Shown: positions 1 to 7,687, counted from the stretch's first letter. The stretch: 22,590 bases of DNA from Candidatus Methylomirabilota bacterium (GCA_046726415.1 JBKPAK010000038.1:1-22590), one strand, 5' to 3'. Notes: generated by a model from the sequence alone, not told the origin. Numbers and translations: made by a program.

Positions 1-36
1 TGCCGCTTCGCGGTGGTGGATCAAGCGTCGACCCGC

Positions 37-888
37 CTAGTCAGGCCGCGGCCGGCCGTCGATGCCGATGCCGGCGGCGGCGCTCAGGGCATAGCGCGCC
101 AGCTCGGCGCCGTGCGTGAACCAGACGCCGCCGGCATCCCGCATCTCGTCGACGAGTTCCTGGAGCAGGCGGACGCGCGACGGGCGCCCGGTGTACTGCG
201 GATGGAGGATGAGCATCGTGAGCCCGCCCACCTCATGGATGCCGCGGAACTCGTCTCGCCACACCGACAGGACCGCGGACGGCGGGAAAATCTGGCGGTA
301 CAGGGGGGGCCGGAGGCCGAAGGCCCAGAATGGGCCGTCGTCGAGAATCCACGAAACGGGCAGCTCGACGAGCGGTGGGTCGCCAGGGTGACGGTAGGGC
401 CAGAGCGAATCCTGAAGGTTGCTCGCGTAGAGAAATCCGTGCTGCCGGAGGAGGTCCGTGGTCGCGGGCGTGATCTCGTAGAGGGGCGCGCGGTAACCGA
501 CGGGCGAGGCACCGGTGATGCCGGCCAGGATGCGCGAGGAGCCGGTGAGGATGGCCTCTTCCTCCGCCCGCGTCTTGCCCTCGAGCCCTTCGTGCAGGTA
601 CCCGTGGTGGCCGATTTCGTGGCCACCGCGGTGGATCTCGGCCACGACATCCGACCAGCGCTCGGCCGTCCACCCGGGAACGAAGAATGTCGTCTTGATC
701 CGGTTCCGGTCGAGAAAGTCGAGGATCAGCGGCACGCCCACCTTGGGGCCGTAGGCGCCCTGGGACATGACGCTGAGCCGGTCGATGTTGGCTGGATCGC
801 GCGAAATCCAGGCCGTCTCGGCATCGAGATCGAACGTGAGGCAGACCGCAGACCGCACACCACGGGGCCAGGTGATGGGAGGTCGCAA
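37..888 (-). CDS. Polysaccharide deacetylase family protein (CE4, PuuE/HpPgdA-like metallo-amidohydrolase)
   Basis: 283-aa ORF, TTG start with GGAAGG upstream. CE4 motifs TFDLD, HHGYLHE, GYRAP and LHP are present, as are the 'YGPKVGVPLILDFL' and 'TFFVPG' segments typical of the PuuE/HpPgdA subgroup. No signal peptide. Confidence 0.88.
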   Translation of the reverse strand: MRPPITWPRGVRSAVCLTFDLDAETAWISRDPANIDRLSVMSQGAYGPKVGVPLILDFLDRNRIKTTFFVPGWTAERWSDVVAEIHRGGHEIGHHGYLHEGLEGKTRAEEEAILTGSSRILAGITGASPVGYRAPLYEITPATTDLLRQHGFLYASNLQDSLWPYRHPGDPPLVELPVSWILDDGPFWAFGLRPPLYRQIFPPSAVLSVWRDEFRGIHEVGGLTMLILHPQYTGRPSRVRLLQELVDEMRDAGGVWFTHGAELARYALSAAAGIGIDGRPRPD

Positions 889-1064
889 GCCTAGCCTTCC
901 GTCAGGCGCGACGGCGCCGGCCGGTCAAGCCGTCGGTGGTGCATCCCCTCTCCCCGCGACATGGCCTCCCCGATTCGCGGTCGCTCCGTGGTCATGTACG
1001 TCGACGCGAGTGGCCGCCCCATGGCGCTCGCTGCGCCGCGCGCCGCCCCGGATCGCCGCGCGCA

Positions 1065-1739
1065 TCAGGAGAGCCGATAGCCCCTGGTCTTCAGCGCCGC
1101 CTCGACGGCGGATCGATGGCGGTGCTCCCAGTCGTCCGGGGAGAGCTTGGCTTCCGCCGCGACCCTCGCCTGTGCTTTCTCCAGAATCTCCTCGGCGCGG
1201 GCGCGGGGGATGACCACGATGCCTTCCTCGTCGGCTACCACGACATCGCCAGGGTTGACCACGACTCCGCCGCAGCGGATCTGGACGTTCAAGCCCCCCT
1301 CGCCGACGCGCTTGGCCGGAATCGGGGAGGCGCCCCGCGCCAAGATGGGAAAGCGTCTTTCGCGCGACTCGACCACGTCGCGAATGACCCCGTCGACGAC
1401 GAGGCCGGCCACGCCATTGCGCTGGGCGATCGCGCACACGTTCCCCCCCGCCACTGCCATTTCGTCGTCGCCCGCCTCGACCACGATAAGGTCGCCGGGC
1501 TGGGCGAGGTACACCGACGCGTGGAACATGAGGTTGTCGTGCCGTCCGGTTCGGACGGTGAAAGCCGGCCCGGCGATGCGGGGCATGCCCGGCCAAAGAG
1601 GATGGATCTGGTAGCGCATCACGCACGACAGTTCGAGCACGTCGGAAAGCTCGTTGGGCGACAGCGTCGCGTATGCCTTGATGATCTCCGGGGACGGCCG
1701 ATCGATGGCGGTATTGAGCGGACGGATCGCGTCAGTCAC
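1065..1739 (-). CDS. RraA family / HMG-CHA aldolase-like protein
   Basis: Start moved to GTG at 1739 (GGAG upstream), giving 224 aa. Motifs IAGPAFTV, DNLMFH, QPGDLIVV, AVAGG, VVDGVIRD and GGVVVNPGDVVVADEEGIVVIP. Confidence 0.9.
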   Translation of the reverse strand: MTDAIRPLNTAIDRPSPEIIKAYATLSPNELSDVLELSCVMRYQIHPLWPGMPRIAGPAFTVRTGRHDNLMFHASVYLAQPGDLIVVEAGDDEMAVAGGNVCAIAQRNGVAGLVVDGVIRDVVESRERRFPILARGASPIPAKRVGEGGLNVQIRCGGVVVNPGDVVVADEEGIVVIPRARAEEILEKAQARVAAEAKLSPDDWEHRHRSAVEAALKTRGYRLS

Positions 1740-1785
1740 GGCCTGTCTCCAATCGCGTGGGTCCTCGAGGCATGCCCGCCGCGCG

Positions 1786-1794
1786 AGTCTAGCA
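1786..1794 (-). promoter_or_regulatory. Putative extended -10 promoter element for the RraA-family gene
   Basis: Minus strand reads TGCTAGACT (TGnTAnnnT), about 45 nt upstream of the GTG at 1739. No well-spaced -35 was found. Confidence 0.4.
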
Positions 1795-1930
1795 CGGCCG
1801 CCGCGCCTGAGCCGCGTCAGGATGGCGGCGGCCAGTCGGCCTTGACACGCCCGGCCTCGGCGGCGCAATGTTTCTTCGCCACGAAAGGCGGTTCGGCGCT
1901 TACGCTCTGACTGGAGAGAAGGAGGCAACG

Positions 1931-3007
1931 ATGGCGATCACCCTCTCGCACGGTGGGCCCACGATCTATCGTTCCCCTGCACGTTCGCAGCAGGTGCTGG
2001 TCGGCACGATTCAAGGGGTGGTGAGCATGGAGCGCAATGCCGACGGCCCGGGCTGGCACGTCGCTCACCGGACGTTGACCGGCAAGCACATCCACGCCCT
2101 TCTGATCGAGCCGGAGAGCGGCACGATCTTCGCCGGGGTCAACCATGGCTCGATCTTCGCCAGCGTCGATGACGGCCGCACCTGGGAGCGGCGCGATCAG
2201 GGGCTCACCCAACACGATGTCTATAGTCTGGCCTGCACCCGACTGACGGGCGGCCCGCGGATCTTTGCCGGAACGGAGCCCGCGCACCTGTTCGAGAGCG
2301 ACGATCTCGGCTTCCACTGGGCCGAGCTCCCGGCCCTCCGGTCGGGAGACACCTCACGGTGGTCCTTCCCGGCGCCCCCGAACATCGCTCATACCAAGCA
2401 CATCGCCTTCCACCCCGACGACCCGCAGACTCTGTACGTCGGCATCGAGCAGGGTGGCCTCCTGAAGAGCACTGATGCGGGCCGGACCTTTCACGTGATC
2501 CCGGGGATGGATGAAGACGTGCATCGCACCGTGATCAGTCCACTGAATTCCGACCAGATGTACGTCACCACGGGGATCGGCATGTACGTGAGCGCCGACG
2601 GCGGGAAGACGTGGGAGCAGTGGACGGATCTGCAGCACGAGATTGGCGGCTATCCCGACCTCCTGGTGCACCATCCGAGGCGTCCGGAGCTCATGTTCGT
2701 GGCGTCGGCCCAGAAGGGACCCGGGAGCTGGTATCGCGAGCACTACGCCGGCTCCCGCATCTCCCAGAGCACCGACGGCGGGCGGAGCTGGCAGCCGGTG
2801 CGTCACGGGTTCCCCGACCAACCCCTGCGGACGGCCTTCGAGGCGATGTGCCTGGAGGACTGGGGAGAATCGTTCTCGCTCTTCGCGGCCACGGCCACCG
2901 GGGAAGTGTGGTCCAGCGACGACGGCGGCGAGCATTGGAGCGAGGTGCTCCGCGGTCTCGCCCCGATCTCCAAGGGCACTCACTACGCCGCCTTCGCCGC
3001 GGCCTGA
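1931..3007 (+). CDS. BNR/Asp-box repeat beta-propeller protein (WD40/YVTN/BNR-like, glycosyl hydrolase/sialidase-like fold)
   Basis: ATG at 1931 with AAGGAGG RBS, 358 aa. Repeated Asp-boxes SxDxGxTW: SVDDGRTW, SDDLGFHW, STDAGRTF, SADGGKTW, STDGGRSW, SDDGGEHW. Also AGTEPAHLF and WSFP. No signal peptide. Confidence 0.85.
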   Translation: MAITLSHGGPTIYRSPARSQQVLVGTIQGVVSMERNADGPGWHVAHRTLTGKHIHALLIEPESGTIFAGVNHGSIFASVDDGRTWERRDQGLTQHDVYSLACTRLTGGPRIFAGTEPAHLFESDDLGFHWAELPALRSGDTSRWSFPAPPNIAHTKHIAFHPDDPQTLYVGIEQGGLLKSTDAGRTFHVIPGMDEDVHRTVISPLNSDQMYVTTGIGMYVSADGGKTWEQWTDLQHEIGGYPDLLVHHPRRPELMFVASAQKGPGSWYREHYAGSRISQSTDGGRSWQPVRHGFPDQPLRTAFEAMCLEDWGESFSLFAATATGEVWSSDDGGEHWSEVLRGLAPISKGTHYAAFAAA

Positions 3008-3031
3008 ACCAGGCGCGGCCAGGACGCCTTC

Positions 3032-3952
3032 ATGGCTACGACCACCACGATCGTCGGCAGTGGCAAGTACATCTTCGAAGTCCATGACGACTGGGCCAAG
3101 CTCCCGCACGGCTGGGAGATGCCCGCGGCGGGGGTGACGGTTGACTCGCACGCCCGCGTCTACTGCTTCAACCGCACCGCCGATCACCCCATCGTCGTCT
3201 TCGATCGCGACGGGAACTACCTCTCGTCCTGGGGCGCCGGCCTGTTTGCCTTTCCCCACACGATCCGCATCGACCCGCGCGACAACCTCTGGCTGGTGGA
3301 TCGGGATCTCGGGCAAGTGCTGTACTTCACGCTCGATGGGACGTTACTGAGGACGATCGGCACCAAGGGCTACCGCTCGGACACCGGGGTGGACCCGAGC
3401 GAGCCGCGCTCGAGCGCCTACACCAAGGTCACGCACGGCGGCGGCCCGTTCAACCTGCCCACCGATATTGCTATGGCCCCGTCAGGCGAGATGTTCGTGG
3501 CGGACGGCTACGGCAATGCGCGGGTACATAAGTTCGCCGCCGACGGCACGCACCTCTTTTCCTGGGGCGAACCCGGTACCGGCCCCGGCCAGTTCAAGCT
3601 GCCCCACGGCATATGGATCGACCGACACGAGCGCGTGATGGTGTGCGATCGGGAGAACGACCGCGTGCAGGTCTTCGATCAGCAGGGCGTGTTTCTGCAC
3701 GTCTGGCCCACCAGGCTGATCGGGCCGGCGGTGTTCTATGTCGATCCCGACGACGTGGTCTACATTCCCGAGCACAACGGCGGCCTGGTGAGCGTCCTGA
3801 CCCTCGAGGGCGAGCGCCTCGCCCAGTGGGGTGATCCCGGCTTCCGCTCCTGCCACGCGATCTGGGGCGACTCCCGCGGTGACCTCTACGTGGTACGACC
3901 GGGAGTCTGGGGTCGGGGCCGGCGCGTGGTGAAATACGTGCGGGTGAGCTGA
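3032..3952 (+). CDS. NHL-repeat protein, peptidyl-alpha-hydroxyglycine alpha-amidating lyase (PAL)-like
   Basis: 306 aa. NHL repeats FNLPTDIA, FVADGYGNARVHKF, GPGQFKLPHGI and VCDRENDRVQVFD. Confidence 0.87.
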   Translation: MATTTTIVGSGKYIFEVHDDWAKLPHGWEMPAAGVTVDSHARVYCFNRTADHPIVVFDRDGNYLSSWGAGLFAFPHTIRIDPRDNLWLVDRDLGQVLYFTLDGTLLRTIGTKGYRSDTGVDPSEPRSSAYTKVTHGGGPFNLPTDIAMAPSGEMFVADGYGNARVHKFAADGTHLFSWGEPGTGPGQFKLPHGIWIDRHERVMVCDRENDRVQVFDQQGVFLHVWPTRLIGPAVFYVDPDDVVYIPEHNGGLVSVLTLEGERLAQWGDPGFRSCHAIWGDSRGDLYVVRPGVWGRGRRVVKYVRVS

Positions 3953-4004
3953 GGGAGGACACCTCGCGCCACGGGCTGCCGAGCAAGCGCGCGGAGGCCA
4001 TGAC

Positions 4005-4940
4005 ATGAGCTACAAGCTGCTGAGCTACCAGTCGGGCCCGGACGTGCGCGCCGGCGTCCTCCTGGCGGATACCGTGTATGACGCCGCGAAGGTCACCGGC
4101 GTGTCGGCCTATTCGAGCATGCGCAGCGTGCTGCAGGACTGGGGCAAGGCGCATCGGCAGCTCGCGCAGGCGACGAAGCGAATCGCCACCGGCCAGAGCC
4201 GGGTGAAGGGCGTGCCGATCAAGCGCGTCAGGCTGCGCGCTCCTCTGCTCGATCCGGGGAACATCTTCTGCGCGGGGGCGAACTACACCGACCATATGGC
4301 CGAGATGGCGCGGGCCCAGGGACAGCCGCCCGGACCCACCATGAAGGACCTGGGTGAGAAGCCGTGGCACTTCATCAAGACCTCGAAGAGTTCGGTGGTC
4401 GGTCCCGGCGCGAAGGTCAAGCGGCCCCCGTATTCACAGAAGATCGATTGGGAGGTCGAGTTGGCGGCGGTGATCGGCAAGCCGGCCAAGGACGTGAGCG
4501 TGGAGAACGCGCTCGGTTGTGTGGCCGGCTACACCATCGCCAACGATCTCTCGGCCCGGGACGCCATGGCTCGCGAGAAGAATCCGGTGGCCTCGCCGTT
4601 CCATTTCGACTGGCTCAGCCAGAAGTGCTTCGATGGCTCTTGTCCACTCGGGCCCTGGATCGTGCCGGCCAGCGACATCCCCGATCCGCAGAAGCTCGCC
4701 CTCAGGCTGTGGGTGAACGACGAGCTGATGCAGGACTCCCACACCAGCAGGATGATCTTCACCACCGCCGAGCAGATCGCCATGCTGTCCTCGCGGGTGA
4801 CCTTGCAGCCGGGCGACCTCGTCCTGACCGGGACCCCGGCCGGAGTGGGCATGGGCCGGCAACGGTTCCTGAAGGGCGGCGACACCGTGCGGCTGTGGAT
4901 CGAAGGCATCGGCGAGCTGAGCCATACGATCATCGAGTGA
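4005..4940 (+). CDS. Fumarylacetoacetate hydrolase (FAH) family protein
   Basis: 311 aa. Motifs CAGANYTDH, DWEVELAAVIGK, GYTIANDLSARD, KCFDGSCPLGP and LQPGDLVLTGTPAGVG. GGAGG lies upstream. Confidence 0.93.
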   Translation: MSYKLLSYQSGPDVRAGVLLADTVYDAAKVTGVSAYSSMRSVLQDWGKAHRQLAQATKRIATGQSRVKGVPIKRVRLRAPLLDPGNIFCAGANYTDHMAEMARAQGQPPGPTMKDLGEKPWHFIKTSKSSVVGPGAKVKRPPYSQKIDWEVELAAVIGKPAKDVSVENALGCVAGYTIANDLSARDAMAREKNPVASPFHFDWLSQKCFDGSCPLGPWIVPASDIPDPQKLALRLWVNDELMQDSHTSRMIFTTAEQIAMLSSRVTLQPGDLVLTGTPAGVGMGRQRFLKGGDTVRLWIEGIGELSHTIIE

Positions 4941-4994
4941 CCGACGCAGCCGGTGGTCGCCGGCTCGGCGGCGACCAGCTCGCTCCTTCGGAAG

Positions 4995-5060
4995 CTATCG
5001 TCCCCGCGCGACGAGTCTTCTGATCCTCTATCGTCCCCGCGCGACGAGTCTTCTGATCCT
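4995..5060. repeat. Perfect tandem direct duplication, 2 x 33 bp
   Basis: ctatcgtccccgcgcgacgagtcttctgatcct occurs at 4995-5027 and again at 5028-5060 with no spacer. Confidence 0.95.
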
Positions 5061-5174
5061 GGCCAGCAGGGACCTCAAAGACTCCACAAGCTTTCTCATG
5101 GCCGCTTTCCAGAGATAGATGCTCTCCCTCGCTCACCGCCCCTCTTGACGAGCGGCGCGATTGCCTTGGTCAGG

Positions 5175-5582
5175 CTAGCCCGCGACGGGAACGCCGTCCG
5201 ATTTGCCGGCATGGACACTCTTTGCGACAGCCTCCTCTTCCGGGGGCGCACCAGTCATGCGTTGGGCCAGCTGGAGTTTGAAGCCGACGAGCTGATCAAA
5301 CCCGACCTTCTTGCCGCTGGGAAGCACGAGCCGATCGCCGAAGAAGAAGGACCGCGTATATCGAATGACTTGCCCCGGCAACAAAAGGTTGACCTCGCCG
5401 GGAGACGTCTTCGGTACGGCAACGATCTCGAGCCAGCATCCTCGATGCGGAATGCAGGCGAACTCGTCGTTGTCACCGAACACGGCGACATAGTGATAGG
5501 GATCGAGCCGCCTCACCTCCATGATCTCGCCCATCTTGGCCGCGTGCCGGCGTGTGGAGTCCAGCGTGCAATAAGCTCCCAT
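5175..5582 (-). CDS. Hypothetical protein (135 aa)
   Basis: ATG at 5582 preceded by AGGAGG. The sequence MGAYCTLDSTRRHAAKMGE... has protein-like composition. An alternative in-frame ATG at 5738 also has GGAGG, but the extension looks non-coding. Confidence 0.7.
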   Translation of the reverse strand: MGAYCTLDSTRRHAAKMGEIMEVRRLDPYHYVAVFGDNDEFACIPHRGCWLEIVAVPKTSPGEVNLLLPGQVIRYTRSFFFGDRLVLPSGKKVGFDQLVGFKLQLAQRMTGAPPEEEAVAKSVHAGKSDGVPVAG

Positions 5583-5777
5583 GACAGCCCTCCTGTGGAC
5601 GATGGGTTGAGGACGTGAGATCACTTCGCGCTTGCTCCTGAGCCGGGGCGGGCCGCGAGGACACAGGCCCCCCTTCTGGCCACCGTCATGGTCGACGGGA
5701 GTGGCGGAGCGCTGTCTGACGAACCGGACCCAGGGCATGGATCCCTCCCCTGAAGGCCGGACGAAGAATCTGGAGCG

Positions 5778-5806
5778 ACTCTGCTCTCACCCCTGCGATA
5801 TGTCAA
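5778..5806 (-). promoter_or_regulatory. Possible sigma70 promoter for the 5175-5582 gene
   Basis: Minus strand reads TTGACA (5806-5801), 17 nt, CAGAGT (5783-5778). The -35 is perfect and the -10 is imperfect. Confidence 0.4.
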
Positions 5807-5857
5807 GCCCACGACGGGTAAGGCCGAGGCACGATCCAGACTCGAGGCCGTCGAGCG

Positions 5858-6073
5858 TCACTGTGGCCGAATGCGCTCCTGTGGCACTTCCACCCGCTTG
5901 ACCCCCTTGAAACTGAAGAGCAGCTCCACGAGGTAGATCGGTGGGTCCGCCGAGGTTTGCTGAAGGACCGTGGCCAGGGCCTCGCGCACGTTCTGGCTGA
6001 AGGCGACGCCCTTGACGACCATGCCCGAGAGATCGACCTTGACCCGCTGATCGGGTTGAAACACGCCAGCCAC
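5858..6073 (-). CDS. Small hypothetical protein (71 aa), possibly a beta-rich SH3-like barrel
   Basis: GTG start 1 nt downstream of the ferredoxin TAA, GC3-biased codons. The pattern FQPDQRVKV...IYLVEL...VEVPQERIRP resembles small beta-barrels (inference). Confidence 0.72.
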   Translation of the reverse strand: MAGVFQPDQRVKVDLSGMVVKGVAFSQNVREALATVLQQTSADPPIYLVELLFSFKGVKRVEVPQERIRPQ

Positions 6074-6074
6074 T

Positions 6075-6383
6075 TTAGATCTCGATCTCGATGTCCTGGC
6101 CGGTCACTCTCACGCGGTAGCTCCTGATAGCCGTCTGCGCCGGCGGAGCGAGGACGGCGCCGGTCCTCAGATCAAATTTCGCGCCGTGCCAGGGGCACGT
6201 GACCTCGGTTCCCTCCACATCCCCTTCGGAGAGCGGCCCTCCCCGGTGAGTGCAGGTGTCGCTGACGGCGCAAACGGCATCGTCGCTCTTGAACAGGGCC
6301 ACCTTCTCGCCCTCGACTACGATGCACCTGGCCGGTTGGTCTGCCATCTCGTCGACTGTTGCCACCTTGACGAACTTGGCCAT
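6075..6383 (-). CDS. Rieske [2Fe-2S] ferredoxin (non-heme iron oxygenase ferredoxin type)
   Basis: ATG at 6383 with G-rich RBS, 102 aa. Rieske ligand motifs CTH (DTCTHRGGPL) and CPWH (VTCPWHGAKFDLRTG). Confidence 0.95.
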   Translation of the reverse strand: MAKFVKVATVDEMADQPARCIVVEGEKVALFKSDDAVCAVSDTCTHRGGPLSEGDVEGTEVTCPWHGAKFDLRTGAVLAPPAQTAIRSYRVRVTGQDIEIEI

Positions 6384-6458
6384 GGGACTCCCCCCTTCGG
6401 CATCAGGCAAGGAAGAGGCGTCGCGACGTTCTGCTGCGTCGTGGTGAGGGCACCCATC

Positions 6459-7127
6459 CTACGCGCCCGACAGGGCGTGGAGCGTGTCCCAGTAGAGCTT
6501 CTCGTAGCCCTGGAGGAGCCGGGCGGCTCGCTTGACGAGGCGGGGATCGGCACCACCGGCGAGACCCTCGGCTACTACCGCGGTGGCTTGGTCCTCGAAT
6601 CCGGCCGGGGGAGCGGCGAAGAGATCGAAGAAGGCGGTGGCCTGCTCGCTGAGCCCGTAGCGGTCTCGAAGGGCGCGGCTCATCCGGCCGCAGTTGGCCC
6701 CCCACGCGGCAAAGTTCACCAAAAACCCGGCGGCTACCTCGGCCTCCGAGCCGTAGAGGGCGAGCCAGGCCATGAAAGCGGTGTAAGCGTGTGCCCGGGG
6801 CTCCGGCTCGTATGCCCCGAGCCGCGCGTCGTCCATTCCCACCGCAGTCGCGAAGGCTCCGAGCGCCGCCAGCGCCGCCGTCTCTGCCCCCAGCACCGCC
6901 TGGAAGAACGGCCCGCTCGCCGTTGTCCCGAAGCGGTTCACCAGCAGCGCGGCGCTCCGGAGGTCGCTGCGGATGATGTGATACTGCTCCCCGGCGAAGC
7001 GAGGGAGCTCTTCGCGCCGCACCCGTCCCGCTTCGAGCGCGGCGAGATACGGGTGGTGCTGGATCTCTTGCTCAGTGCGGCCGAGCTCGCGCCTGATGTC
7101 CTCGACTAATCGCTGCGCATGGGCCAC
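6459..7127 (-). CDS. TenA/THI-4/PqqC (heme-oxygenase-like fold) family protein
   Basis: GTG at 7127 with AGGAG RBS, 222 aa. Motifs IQHHPYLAALEAG, FAGEQY, AHAYTAFM and C-terminal YEKLYWD are characteristic of the TenA helical bundle. Confidence 0.8.
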   Translation of the reverse strand: MAHAQRLVEDIRRELGRTEQEIQHHPYLAALEAGRVRREELPRFAGEQYHIIRSDLRSAALLVNRFGTTASGPFFQAVLGAETAALAALGAFATAVGMDDARLGAYEPEPRAHAYTAFMAWLALYGSEAEVAAGFLVNFAAWGANCGRMSRALRDRYGLSEQATAFFDLFAAPPAGFEDQATAVVAEGLAGGADPRLVKRAARLLQGYEKLYWDTLHALSGA

Positions 7128-7165
7128 ATCGCGCTCCTGCAGGGCCGGCGGGCTCACGGGGCGCT

Positions 7166-7540
7166 TTACTGCTGGCCGTCGTCGCGCCTGACGTGCCCGC
7201 CTGCGGAGGCCAGCGCGTCGGTCTTGGCGGCCATAATGAAGTCGTTCCGGTGGAGGCCGCGGATCTTGTGGGTCCACCAGGTCACGGTGACCCGTCCCCA
7301 CTCGGTGAGCAGGGCGGGATGGTGCCCTTCCTCCTCGGCGAGCGCGCCGACCTTGTTGGTGAAGGCCAGCGCGTCGGCGAAGCTCGGGAAGGGAAAGAGC
7401 CGCTCGAGCCGAGCAATGCCGTCGCGCTCCAGGAGTTGCCACTCGGGGATCTCGGGCCTGAGCTCTGCGATCTCAGCCTCGGTCACCCGGGGCGAATCGC
7501 GCCGGCAGGCGACGCACCGTTCGCCGGACAATGACCTCAT
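7166..7540 (-). CDS. phhB: Pterin-4-alpha-carbinolamine dehydratase (4a-hydroxytetrahydrobiopterin dehydratase)
   Basis: 124 aa. Catalytic signature AEEEGHHP...[22 protein letters not shown]-terminal CVAC, GAGGAGG RBS. Confidence 0.93.
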   Translation of the reverse strand: MRSLSGERCVACRRDSPRVTEAEIAELRPEIPEWQLLERDGIARLERLFPFPSFADALAFTNKVGALAEEEGHHPALLTEWGRVTVTWWTHKIRGLHRNDFIMAAKTDALASAGGHVRRDDGQQ

Positions 7541-7687
7541 CGCGCACCTCCTCAGGCCGGTCGCAGGCGGTGCGGCCCGGATGACGCCGCTTGGCGACGG
7601 TGTGTTCCACCGGCCATGGCCTGACTATACTCTCCCCGGCAAGGCGGGCGGCGACGCCGAACGATCGATCGGAACGCACCGTGGCTG

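Noticed and set aside
891..995. Short minus-strand ORF (MTTERPRIGEAM...) between the RraA and deacetylase genes
   Set aside because: No convincing RBS or recognisable motif, so likely chance.
1842..1871. TTGACA upstream of the BNR gene as a full promoter
   Set aside because: Only a poor -10 (CAATGT at 18-nt spacing) follows. Plausible but unsupported.
4995..5060. 33-bp repeats as a mini CRISPR array
   Set aside because: The copies abut with no spacer, there are only two units, and no cas genes are present.
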